From the NCBI GenBank assembly GCA_013815355.1, contig JACDGG010000002.1:23908-87907 (forward strand): a DNA stretch of 64,000 nt, read 5' to 3'. The position numbers were made by a program, and so were the translations under genes. The notes beneath the pieces were generated by a model that was not told where the DNA came from, made no database searches, and saw only the letters and a program-made list of their open reading frames with translations. Positions 18,931-27,504 of this stretch are shown one piece after another; position 1 is the first letter of the stretch, and every line of letters begins with the position of its first letter. The DNA is from Solirubrobacterales bacterium (lineage in GTDB: Bacteria > Actinomycetota > Thermoleophilia > Solirubrobacterales > Solirubrobacteraceae).

Positions 18931-20393
18931 GGCCTGCTGTAGGGCAGGTGCCAGCGATACGGAGTGACGAGCTCGTCGATCGCGTCGGGCCCCCATGACC
19001 CGCGAGCATAGGACAATGGTTTTGGGGGTTGCTCGAGCAACGGCGCCGCGACCTCCCAGAGCCGCTCGATTCCGTCGGCGCGGGTGAACAGCGTGTGGTC
19101 GCCGAGCATCGCGTCGTGGAGCAGCCGCTCGTAGCCCTCGAGGTCGTTGGTGACGTTGAACGAGTCGCCGTAGCGAAACGTCAGCGAAGCGGCCCCGAGG
19201 TCCATGCTCGCGCCCGGCTCCTTGGCGAGGAAGTCGACCCAGATCACGCCCGGATCAGACAGCTCGAAGGACAGCTCATTCGGGCGCGCAGCAGATGAGG
19301 CGCCGGCGGGGAACTCGAACATCGTCCGGGCTGGCTCCTTGAAGCCCACTGTGACGGTGTGGCGGCTCTCGGCGAGCGCCTTACCGGTCCGCAGCTGGAA
19401 CGGCACCCCGGCCCAGCGCTCGTTGTCTATGAGCACGTCGAGTGCGGCGAACGTCTCGACCGTCGAATCGGCCGCGACGCCGGGCTCTGAGCGGTAGCCG
19501 TCGTACTGACCGAAGATTGCCCGCCTAGGGTCGAACGCCATCAGGGCGTCGAATACGTTGCCGGTCGCGTCGCGTAGAGAGGGGGCGTCCAGGTGCGGCG
19601 GGGGCTCCATCGCGATGAACCCCAGCAGGTGCAGGAGGTGGGTGACGACCATGTCGCGGAACGTGCCGGTCTGCTCGAAGAATCCGGCGCGGCCCTCGAT
19701 CGTCAGCTGCTCCGGCACGTCGATCTGGACGTAGTCGACGTGCCGGCGGTTCCAGACCGGCTCGAACAGGCCGTTGGCGAAGCGAAAGGCAAGGATGTTC
19801 TGGACGGCCTCCTTGCCGAGGAAGTGGTCGATGCGAAAGATCTGCGACTCCTCGAGCGCGGTGTGCAGCGTCTGGTTGAGCGTGCGCGCCGAGGCCAGGT
19901 CGTGCCCGAACGGCTTCTCCACGATCAGCCGCGACCGCTCGTTCAGACCCGAGGCGCCAAGCATCGACACCATCGGCTCGAAGGCATCGGGCGGCACGGC
20001 CAGGTAGATGAGCCGCCGCGCATCGCCACCGAGGTCCCGTTCGGCGCGGGCCACCGCTTGCACGAGGGCATCCGGCTGCTCGGCGGTCGCGGCCGCGAAG
20101 GACAGGCGCTCCGCGAACGGCTCCCAGTTCTCGGCGGTGAGCTCCTGGCGGCCGAACTCGCCCAGCGCCTCGCGTACATGCGAGCGAAAGCCCTCCGCGT
20201 CCGGGGCGCCTTCAGGGCGCCCGGACCCGACGATCCGGTAGCGCTCGGGCATCATCCCCGCCACGGCGAGATGAAACAGGCCCGGCAGCAGCTTGCGCTT
20301 AGCCAGATCGCCGGTCGCACCGAACAGGATCAGCACGTGATCCTCAGGGACCGATGACCGCGCGAGGCGAGCGTCGGCGGCGGCTGTGGTCAT
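18927..20393 (-). CDS. zwf: Glucose-6-phosphate 1-dehydrogenase
   Basis: ILFGATGDLAKRKLLPGLF, RIDHFLGKE and the QNILAFRFANG signature. 488 aa. Confidence 0.92.
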   Translation of the reverse strand: MTTAAADARLARSSVPEDHVLILFGATGDLAKRKLLPGLFHLAVAGMMPERYRIVGSGRPEGAPDAEGFRSHVREALGEFGRQELTAENWEPFAERLSFAAATAEQPDALVQAVARAERDLGGDARRLIYLAVPPDAFEPMVSMLGASGLNERSRLIVEKPFGHDLASARTLNQTLHTALEESQIFRIDHFLGKEAVQNILAFRFANGLFEPVWNRRHVDYVQIDVPEQLTIEGRAGFFEQTGTFRDMVVTHLLHLLGFIAMEPPPHLDAPSLRDATGNVFDALMAFDPRRAIFGQYDGYRSEPGVAADSTVETFAALDVLIDNERWAGVPFQLRTGKALAESRHTVTVGFKEPARTMFEFPAGASSAARPNELSFELSDPGVIWVDFLAKEPGASMDLGAASLTFRYGDSFNVTNDLEGYERLLHDAMLGDHTLFTRADGIERLWEVAAPLLEQPPKPLSYARGSWGPDAIDELVTPYRWHLPYSRP

Positions 20394-20980
20394 CGCACGC
20401 TCTGTCCTGCCGGTGCCCGTGTGGAGGGCGTCGTGGTGGCCGCGGCAGCGTAGGTGTCGATCATACGGCGGTAGTTGCCCGCGATGCGCTCGGTCGCCGC
20501 GTCCTCGTGGAGGCGGCCGGCGAAATGCTCACCCAGCGCATCCAGCCAGATAGTCCGGCCGATCGCGAAGCCAACATAGCCCGGCACGGTAGCCGCTTGG
20601 GCGAGCCAGTCCGCGACGCGATCGATGGATGCGCCACGCCCGAGCACTACGCAGCTGACGCGCTCGCGCCCGTCCGTGCGGGCCTGTGCGGCGGCTCGCT
20701 CGCAGTCCTCGCGCGCGTCGAGGCCTTCGATCTTCCAGATGTCGGGCTCGACACCGCTGTCCTGGAGCTCAGCAATCGCGCGCACGACGAGCGCGGGCCG
20801 CAGCTCCCGGTCATAGCGGTCCTGCTCGCCGGCGACCTGGGCGAGCTGCGCAGCCGTAGCGGGAACGAGCAGCTCAAACAGGAGCTTGCGCTCGCGCTCT
20901 GAAAGCCACGCCGAGAGCTCGGCGAGCCGGGCGGCCTGGCGGCGGTTGAGCTGCTCCTCGCCGTCGGGGTTGTAGCGCAC
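20390..20980 (-). CDS. DUF2090 (IolC C-terminal/aldolase-like) domain protein, N-terminally truncated relative to the family
   Basis: VRYNPDGEEQ...DIWKIEGL...GFAIGRTIW pattern. About 100 N-terminal residues are absent. Family-like residues (DYRYDRNRGAPPLL) continue in frame upstream into the 3' end of the HAD gene. Confidence 0.6.
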   Translation of the reverse strand: MRYNPDGEEQLNRRQAARLAELSAWLSERERKLLFELLVPATAAQLAQVAGEQDRYDRELRPALVVRAIAELQDSGVEPDIWKIEGLDAREDCERAAAQARTDGRERVSCVVLGRGASIDRVADWLAQAATVPGYVGFAIGRTIWLDALGEHFAGRLHEDAATERIAGNYRRMIDTYAAAATTTPSTRAPAGQSVR

Positions 20981-21008
20981 AAGCAGAGGCGGCGCTCCGC
21001 GGTTGCGG

Positions 21009-21704
21009 TCATAGCGGTAGTCCTTCCTCGAGCGAGTCGATTGCGTAGTCGGCGCCGGCGTCGCGGAGTTCCTGCACGTTGAAGTGGTGGCTGGCGACGC
21101 CGACGCACTTGATCCCGGCGGCGTGGGCGCCCTGCACGTCGTGCGGTGTGTCGCCGACGACGATCGCCTGCTCCGGCATCACCGGCTCGCCGTAGACCAT
21201 GGTGGCGCGTTTGAGCGCTATGCGGGTCAGCTCGCCGCGGTCGGTGGAGTCAGAGCCATAGCCGCCGAAGGAGAAGAAGCGGTTCAGCCCAGCGCGGTGA
21301 AGCTTGATGTGGGCGGCGGCCTCGAGGTTCCCGGTGACCAGACCCAGCAGGTAGCCGTCCTCGATCAGCTTGGGCAGCAACTCCTCGACACCCGCCAGCA
21401 CCCGGTAGTCCTCGGATTCGGCGACCGTCTGGTGCAGGTAGTGCAGCCGGCGCTCGAGCAGCCGTGTGAACTCCTTGCGCTCGGGCTCACGGTGAAGCAC
21501 CGCTTGGAAGGTCTTGCGTCCCACGTCGGGGTCGGTCATCCCAGTGTCCGTGAACTCGCCGATGTCAGCCGGGATCCCATACAGCTCGTCGAAGGCCAGC
21601 CGCCAGGAGGCGGCGCCCGCGCCACCGGTGATGAGCAGCGTCCCATCTATGTCGAACAGGACAGCGATCCGCTCGTCGGCCCGGTGGTCCTCCGCGTTCG
21701 TCAT
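21009..21704 (-). CDS. HAD-family hydrolase (phosphoglycolate phosphatase-like)
   Basis: VLFDIDGTLL, the VTGN motif and VVGDTPHDVQGAHAAG. 231 aa. Confidence 0.85.
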   Translation of the reverse strand: MTNAEDHRADERIAVLFDIDGTLLITGGAGAASWRLAFDELYGIPADIGEFTDTGMTDPDVGRKTFQAVLHREPERKEFTRLLERRLHYLHQTVAESEDYRVLAGVEELLPKLIEDGYLLGLVTGNLEAAAHIKLHRAGLNRFFSFGGYGSDSTDRGELTRIALKRATMVYGEPVMPEQAIVVGDTPHDVQGAHAAGIKCVGVASHHFNVQELRDAGADYAIDSLEEGLPL

Positions 21705-22720
21705 TCGGCTGGCTTCTCGGCGTGCCCGCCGAACTGGCTGCGCATCGCCGACAGCGTCTGGTCAGCGAAATGGTCGAGGTCCCGCGAAGTGAACCTCGAG
21801 AACAGCGCGGTCGTGAGCACGGGTGCCGGGACGCCCTCCTCGATCGCGGCGATCGCGGTCCAGCGGCCCTCCCCGGAGTCGGACACCCTGCCCGAGAAGT
21901 CCTCGAGCTCGGGGGACTGGAGCAGCGCGGCGGCGGTGAGGTCCAAGAGCCAGGAGGCGATCACGCTTCCACGGCGCCACACCTCGGTCACGGCCGTCAG
22001 ATCGATGTCGTAGGGGTAGTCCTCGGGGTGCTCGAGTGGTGCTGTCTCGGCGTCATCCTCTCGCTTCATCGCGCCGGCGTTGGCATGCTTGAGGATGTTC
22101 AGCCCCTCGGCGTACGCGGCCATCGCCCCGTACTCGATGCCGTTGTGGACCATCTTCACAAAGTGCCCCGCACCGTTCGCCCCACAGTGCAGATAGCCCT
22201 GCTCGACACTCGCCGGCTCGCCGCTGCGGCCGGGGGTGCGCGGCGCGGCGTCGACGCCCGGCGCGATCGCCTGAAACAGCGGGGACAATCGGTCGACGAC
22301 CTCTGTCTCTCCGCCGATCATCAGTGAGTAACCGCGCTCCAGGCCCCACACGCCGCCGCTGGTGCCCACGTCGAGGTAGTGAATGCCCTTCTCCTTCAAC
22401 GTGGCGGCGCGCACGATGTCGTCGCGGTAGTAGGAGTTGCCGCCATCGATGATCACGTCCCCCGAGTCCATCCGCTCACCCAGCTCGGTGATGGTCTGCT
22501 CGGTGATCTCACCGGAGGGCACCATCACCCACACCGCGCGCGGCTTCTGAAGTGCAGAGACGAGCTCATCCAGCGAGCCCGCGCCGCTCGCGCCCTCGCC
22601 CGCCAGTTCCTTGACTGTGTCGGCGTTCACGTCAAAGACGACGCACTCATGCCCGGCGGGCAGCAGGCGCCGCACAAGGTTCGACCCCATCCGTCCCAGT
22701 CCGATCATCCCCAGTTGCAT
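21701..22720 (-). CDS. gnd: 6-phosphogluconate dehydrogenase, decarboxylating (short form)
   Basis: MQLGMIGLGRMGSNLVRRL and IIDGGNSYYRDD, followed by GTSGGVWGLERGYSLMIGG. 339 aa. Confidence 0.9.
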   Translation of the reverse strand: MQLGMIGLGRMGSNLVRRLLPAGHECVVFDVNADTVKELAGEGASGAGSLDELVSALQKPRAVWVMVPSGEITEQTITELGERMDSGDVIIDGGNSYYRDDIVRAATLKEKGIHYLDVGTSGGVWGLERGYSLMIGGETEVVDRLSPLFQAIAPGVDAAPRTPGRSGEPASVEQGYLHCGANGAGHFVKMVHNGIEYGAMAAYAEGLNILKHANAGAMKREDDAETAPLEHPEDYPYDIDLTAVTEVWRRGSVIASWLLDLTAAALLQSPELEDFSGRVSDSGEGRWTAIAAIEEGVPAPVLTTALFSRFTSRDLDHFADQTLSAMRSQFGGHAEKPAE

Positions 22721-23426
22721 CAGCTACCTCCGTTCGTCTGCTCAGATGAGCTGTCCATATCAGTCAGGGCGCGCTCGACTGCGTCCCTGAGTGCCTGCAG
22801 GCGGGGTGCGACATCGACCCCGACGTCAATGCGCAGCGCGCGCCGGCCACGCTTGGCGAGCACGTCGAAGTCGCTGCGCGCTTGGGCCTCCTTAACCGTC
22901 GAGAACGTGTAGGTGTGGCCGGGCACCGCCAGCTCGAATGGTGCGCCTGCTGATCAGTCCGCAGGCGCGGCACACCCTTGGTGAAAAGAAGCAGACCCAG
23001 CAGACAAAATTCCGCGAGCGGCCCCACATGCACACCATTAGCGCTTGTAAACGTGACGCGCAGCTCCTCGCTGGTCAGGCCGGCCGCCTTGACCTGCTCG
23101 CCCGTGCCCGCGGCGGTGCCCTGCACCCAACGCAGCCCCGGGTTGCTCCGCACCACCGCAGCCAGACCCTCCGGCGAGTCACCAGGAAGACCAAGCAGCA
23201 CCTCAGCGCTCTGAAGCATCTCCTGCCAGCGGCGCTCACCGTCCGCGTCACGAGTGAACCCTTCAACTCCCCGATGATCGCCGGGATAACGGAGCGCGGG
23301 CAGCAGATCCGGCTCGTAGAGCACTTCGACGCTGTCGGCGACCGCGCGTATCTGCTCGACCAGCTCCGGGGCGATCGGCGTGTCAATCGCGACCGTGAGC
23401 GTACGACTCGGGCTCTGCGTGCTCAC
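22720..23426 (-). pseudogene. D-2-hydroxyacid dehydrogenase-like gene lacking its NAD-binding half, followed by an unrelated tail coupled to gnd
   Basis: The first 150 aa or so look like the catalytic-domain N-terminus. No GxGxxG segment follows. The frame degenerates, and a second frame (...FELAVPGHTYTFSTVKEAQARSDFDVL...) runs to a TGATG overlap with gnd. Confidence 0.45.
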
Positions 23427-23666
23427 CAGGCTCCTTTCGGGCGAGCAGGCATCGCGTTTCGTGGTCGCGTCCTGCGCGCGTTCATCGAAGACGGCCGGGT
23501 GGCCCGCCGATCCGCAGGGGCCACCCGGTCATGCCGCGACATGGCGACAGGCGAGGGCGTGACCGTGACCTGGGGGAAGGGGTAGGACAAGCCTGCCTGC
23601 CGCGCCCGAGCGCTTGCCATCTGGATCTGAACGAGACGGACTAGCTCACTTTTGCCTGACACATCT

Positions 23667-23697
23667 CCCTAGCGTCGACTGGCCCCCAGGTTCTTAC
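23667..23697 (-). promoter_or_regulatory. Recurrent promoter-like motif instance GTAAGAAC-N16-GCTAGGG
   Basis: Minus strand. Heads the co-directional string from 23426 to 17929 (gnd, HAD, DUF2090, zwf, NMO). Confidence 0.55.
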
Positions 23698-23782
23698 GGT
23701 CGATTGCTCCCCGCCGCCAGTCAGAGCTGACGATCACGCCGACGCCGGCCGGCCGCGCTGGGTCGCGACCGCTTCGGGACGG

Positions 23783-23812
23783 GTAAGACCAGTGCTGGGA
23801 TTGACGCTAAAG
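23783..23812 (+). promoter_or_regulatory. Recurrent promoter-like motif instance GTAAGACC-N15-GCTAAAG
   Basis: Divergent partner of 23667-23697. ATG 23817 begins 11 nt after the G of GCT, so a leaderless arrangement. Confidence 0.6.
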
Positions 23813-23816
23813 AAAG

Positions 23817-24542
23817 ATGAGGCCCACGCGTCAGATGTCCTCTAGCGATACGCCACCGGCGACCACTGACCGTGCGCCAGCACCGCTCAAGACGGCCGGG
23901 GTTCTAAAACGCGCCCCCCACCTCGGGCCAGCGACCCAAGCGGCGTCGCGCGCCGAGGTGCTGTTCGAGGTGCCGTTTGAGAGCCCGATGAGCGACGCTG
24001 ACGTTGCCTGTTTGGTCGCCGTGTTGAACATGGTGGTGTGCCTGCATCCGAAGCTGCATGACAGCCCGGCGAGTGCCGGCATCGTTCGCCTCGACTTCGG
24101 CTCGGGTCTGTTTCTCCTCCACGGCAACACCCAAAACGAGTGGAGCATTCAGGCTCGCACTTGGGAACGCCCCGACGAGCAGACGATCCACGACTGGCGT
24201 CTGCTCGCCGCAGACGCGGCTCGCCTGCTCGACCCCAGCGTGCCTGAGCCGATTCGCGCCGGAGCTTCCTGTCGAGTGCCCGTCCAGATCCGGCCGCGGG
24301 GCCTGATACGCCGCTGGCGAAGCTCACGGGCCGGGCGTTTCGCCCGTGAGGACGCGTCCGTCGGGCTGACGAGCTCCCCGGCCGACCGGGCCTCGAGAGA
24401 CCGCTCCGTGAGCGGGCGATCATCACAACGCGTCGCCGAGACGACGAGGCGAGCAGGGGCGGTGCCGGCGCAGGACCTGGCTGGCATCGAGCGCTGGGTG
24501 AACGAGGGCGGCCACATAGCCACAGACACGGTGGTCGACTGA
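23817..24542 (+). CDS. Hypothetical protein (241 aa) with C-terminal ERWVNEGG motif
   Basis: ORF starts directly at the motif. The central part is globular-looking and the tail is Arg/Ser-rich, ending in IERWVNEGGHI. Confidence 0.55.
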   Translation: MRPTRQMSSSDTPPATTDRAPAPLKTAGVLKRAPHLGPATQAASRAEVLFEVPFESPMSDADVACLVAVLNMVVCLHPKLHDSPASAGIVRLDFGSGLFLLHGNTQNEWSIQARTWERPDEQTIHDWRLLAADAARLLDPSVPEPIRAGASCRVPVQIRPRGLIRRWRSSRAGRFAREDASVGLTSSPADRASRDRSVSGRSSQRVAETTRRAGAVPAQDLAGIERWVNEGGHIATDTVVD

Positions 24543-24613
24543 GAGCACCGCTGCCGAAGGATGGATCGTCACCGCTGGCGGCGGTCTCCGCGGTCTCCGC
24601 CATGATCGTGGCT

Positions 24614-24635
24614 GTCGACCCTTATTACGGTCGAC
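24614..24635. terminator. Hairpin GTCGACC-N8-GGTCGAC between convergent genes
   Basis: 7-bp perfect stem with an AT-rich loop, read directly. No clear U-tract. Confidence 0.3.
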
Positions 24636-24645
24636 GTGGCACGGT

Positions 24646-24864
24646 CTACTGTGGCTCGCTGGGGCCGATCTCCAGGAGCTCGTCGGAGAGTCGGCGCACG
24701 CGCCCCTGCTCAACGGCGCGCCTCAGCGCGTCCTCGAACATCCCCTGCGGCCACTCGGCCGCGTCAACGGCATCGGCCAAGCGCGCTCGAGTGAGCACGC
24801 GATAGCCGCGTAGCACGCGGACGATCTCCTCGACCCCGGCATCAACGTGTGAATGGATCGCCAT
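24646..24864 (-). CDS. Small hypothetical protein (72 aa), possibly winged-helix
   Basis: GAGGAG lies 5 nt before the ATG. Sequence is GC3-rich and helix-rich. Confidence 0.55.
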   Translation of the reverse strand: MAIHSHVDAGVEEIVRVLRGYRVLTRARLADAVDAAEWPQGMFEDALRRAVEQGRVRRLSDELLEIGPSEPQ

Positions 24865-24933
24865 CTCAGCTCCTCTGAGTCTCGCGTCGGCGCGGACGCC
24901 GCGGCGCCCCGCCAGGGTGCCCGCAACGCTCGT

Positions 24934-25197
24934 CTAGTGGGTCTTCCATCGGCCACTGTGCAACGCTGAGACGTGCCCTGGCCCTGCCAATGGGTCCAAC
25001 GACGCGCCGGATATGGACGCCAGGGCAGGCCACCGAGCAAACCCGCCTGGCTCGAGGTGATATGCAGCGAATGCGTAAGGCCGCCAGCCGCGCCCAACGA
25101 ATAGTTGGAGCGATCCACGTACAGCGAGGCTGTACGTGACAAAAGCAAGCGGGATCAGTCGCCGCCAGCGCTGTGAACTCAAGGCACTCGTGCTCAT
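24934..25197 (-). CDS. Small hypothetical protein (87 aa), one hydrophobic segment
   Basis: GAGGAGCTAGGAG lies immediately upstream of the ATG, but GC3 is only moderate for this genome. Confidence 0.3.
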   Translation of the reverse strand: MSTSALSSQRWRRLIPLAFVTYSLAVRGSLQLFVGRGWRPYAFAAYHLEPGGFARWPALASISGASLDPLAGPGHVSALHSGRWKTH

Positions 25198-25296
25198 CTC
25201 CTAGCTCCTCAGATCTCGTGTTTCTGGCCGGCACCATCGGCGGGCGTGAGACGCCCCACGATGCTCATCGCGTCCCCCTCGGTGGGGTTCACACGC

Positions 25297-25326
25297 CCAT
25301 AGCGTCGGCCGAGCCCCGGGTCTTAC
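25297..25326 (-). promoter_or_regulatory. Recurrent promoter-like motif instance GTAAGACC-N15-GCTATGG
   Basis: Minus strand, just downstream of the sigma gene. Points into the small ORFs at 25197 and 24864. Confidence 0.5.
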
Positions 25327-25389
25327 CCTGACTGTTGCGAAACTCCGCAACCCGGCAGACCCGCACCGGATCCGCGTTCCCCGGCCCGC

Positions 25390-26025
25390 TTAGATGAGCG
25401 CCAACTGCGTCTTTAGCTTCGTGCGGGCGTCATGCAACGTCTTATAGATCGCCCCGGGAGTTGTGTCGAGCTCGATCGCCAGCATTGCCGGCGAGTCGCC
25501 GTTGATCGCGATCGCGATCACAACGACCCGCTGGCGTTGCGTCAGCTGTCCGACGATCAGGTCGGTGACCGTCCTCAACAGCTTGCGGAGTTCAACGAGC
25601 TCCGGCGGAGAGCATCCGATGGCTGCCGGCTCTAGTTCGGGCGTGGTCTCGGCCGGCGCGAGCTGGTCGTGCCCCAGGCGGCGGCGGATGCTGACCGGCG
25701 CTTCGAGCTGGGCGAACCTGCGAGCCCAGGTCCAGAACTGACTGTCACCGCGATAGTCATCGAGCTTGCGCAACAGCGTCATGAGCGCGTCGCTGGCGGC
25801 CTGCACGGCGAGATCGTCCAGGTCGCTCCTGGAAAGCTCCGGTATGTGCCTTGCGCGCTTATGGATCTCGAATCTCGCCTCGCGGCGCAGACGCTCGTGA
25901 AGCTCTGCGATGGCGCAGCGACGCACCGGCTCGACCCCGTGCAGACGAGTTACCCAGGCTCGCGACTCGCCATCCAGCGTACGCCCTGACACGCTGGGGC
26001 ACTCGCGCAGCAGCTGCGGCGTCAC
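25390..26025 (-). CDS. ECF-like sigma-70 family RNA polymerase sigma factor (paralogue 1)
   Basis: Region 2 (DDLAVQAASDALMTLLRKLDDYRGDSQFWTWARRFAQLE) and region 4 (LTQRQRVVVIAIAINGDSPAMLAIELDTTPGAIYKTLHDARTKLK). Start set at the GTG preceded by GGGAG, and GTG 26034 is also possible. The track ORF extends to 26325. Confidence 0.75.
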   Translation of the reverse strand: MTPQLLRECPSVSGRTLDGESRAWVTRLHGVEPVRRCAIAELHERLRREARFEIHKRARHIPELSRSDLDDLAVQAASDALMTLLRKLDDYRGDSQFWTWARRFAQLEAPVSIRRRLGHDQLAPAETTPELEPAAIGCSPPELVELRKLLRTVTDLIVGQLTQRQRVVVIAIAINGDSPAMLAIELDTTPGAIYKTLHDARTKLKTQLALI

Positions 26026-26378
26026 CTGCGCCACTCCCGTGGCTGGGACGCGCTGGAAGGTCGTGTTCGGGATCGCCTGGACACCGTCCGCGACGAAACC
26101 GTGTGTCGCGGAGCCCGGCTTGTGCGGTCGAGTCGCATGCTGCTCCAGACGTTGGGATGCCGGTCGGTCAGGGACATCACCGGGGTCTCGGGCGACGCAA
26201 AAAGAGGAACTCCCGCTGAGAATACAGACCTCGCACTCCGGAAACCTTCCTGCGAAGCGATCGTCAGCGTACGAACAAAAACAGGAGGTCCCAGGTGCCC
26301 GATCCGCGCACGGCGGCCGTTCCAAGCTCTAGCTGTCGAGACGGGGTTGACGCTCGTGGACGCCGCGAGCGTCAGGGC

Positions 26379-27137
26379 TCACTCTTCGTCAGCAGGTTCT
26401 TCTCCCGCCAGCTGTCGAGAGCCGCTGCGCTCGTGCAACTTTCGCAGCTCCTCGGGCGGCTGTCCGAGCAGCAGCCACCGCGATCGTGGTAGCGAGCGAA
26501 TCCGGCCTTGATCGGCGAGCTGCCGCACAGCCAGGCTCACAGACGGGCGGCGGGCACCCACCACGGCGCCGAGCAGGTCGTGCGTGAGGCGGAAGTCGAG
26601 CCGCACGCCATCCGCGGTTACGGTACCCCAGCGGTCGCCAAAGTGCCACAGCACCAACAGGAGCCGCTCGTCGACGCGGCGAAGGTGACAAACCGCCAGG
26701 TGGAACGCCAGCCAGTGCGCGCGCAGCATCACTCGCCGGGAGATTGCCGCCGGGATCTCTGGCCACCTGGTCACTTGCTCGCAGAATGCGCGGCCGAGCA
26801 CAGCTGCCTGCACCGGCTGGACCACCTTCCAGTCGACCTCGGTGGCAACCGATGGTTCGGGGCCGACCCGCAGCCATGGCTGCAGCACGTCGCCTCGGCC
26901 GAGAAGCTCGGCGCAGGTGTGGCCCGCCACCGTGACATGGCGCGTAAGCAGGCCATCGATGAGCAGCAGTCCCAGGTTTGCGACCTGGTCGAAATCGTCT
27001 GGACCAACTGCCCATGCTCCGCGCGGATAGCTCGCCACATCGACCACGACGTGCTCCCGCGCGATCAGGAGCTCCTCGTCGCTGAGATCCTCGGCTAGGT
27101 CTGGATCGCGATCCAGAATCGAAACGACGCTAGGCAC
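26379..27137 (-). CDS. Crp/Fnr-family transcriptional regulator
   Basis: LDRDPDLAEDL N-terminus, a cNMP-binding-like barrel and a C-terminal HTH (RLTHDLLGAVVGARRPSVSLAVRQLADQG). Start set at GTG 27137, which follows GGAGAGGAG. Confidence 0.8.
   Translation of the reverse strand: MPSVVSILDRDPDLAEDLSDEELLIAREHVVVDVASYPRGAWAVGPDDFDQVANLGLLLIDGLLTRHVTVAGHTCAELLGRGDVLQPWLRVGPEPSVATEVDWKVVQPVQAAVLGRAFCEQVTRWPEIPAAISRRVMLRAHWLAFHLAVCHLRRVDERLLLVLWHFGDRWGTVTADGVRLDFRLTHDLLGAVVGARRPSVSLAVRQLADQGRIRSLPRSRWLLLGQPPEELRKLHERSGSRQLAGEEPADEE
27100..27117. promoter_or_regulatory. 18-bp perfect palindrome TCTGGATCGCGATCCAGA
   Basis: Read directly. Lies in the first codons of the Crp-like gene, abutting a -10-only copy of the recurrent motif (GAAACGACGCTAGGC, 27121-27135, plus strand). 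Confidence 0.35.
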
Positions 27138-27504
27138 TGCTCTCCTCTCCGGGTGGGCCGCGTAAAGTGCGGACGATCCTTTCACACCCGCAGACTCGGT
27201 CCTACAAGGCCGCAAGCCACCGTCAGTACACGAACAATTCCAGACCGCAACCTACGACCCGGTTCGTTATGTCCGTAGCACGCTCGAGCACAACCGGCGC
27301 GCGAGTGAGCGTGGCTGTTTCGTAGCGACGCCGACGCTTGGGCGTCATGTGAGCTCGTCCAGGGACATCCTCGGTCCCGGGCACCTAGTAGGCGTAACGT
27401 TGAGCGGGTGGCAAGCGATCGGTTGAGCGTGGTGCTGAGGGCCGTGGCAAATACCGATTGGGAACGGCGCCGGCTCGCCGGTCGACCGGGTATGCGCGGC
27501 CGCG

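Noticed and set aside
23423-23662. 79-aa ORF between the motif at 23667-23697 and the dehydrogenase-like pseudogene.
   Set aside because: Arg/Pro-rich low-complexity sequence, only moderate GC3 and no family resemblance. More likely a transcribed leader, although its TGA overlaps the next GTG.
27311-27342. CGCCGACGCTTGGGCGTC in the Crp/ANTAR intergenic region, which resembles the copy at 25297-25326.
   Set aside because: No GTAAG box at the right spacing. It also forms a 6-bp hairpin (GACGCC/GGCGTC), so the similarity may be structural or degenerate.
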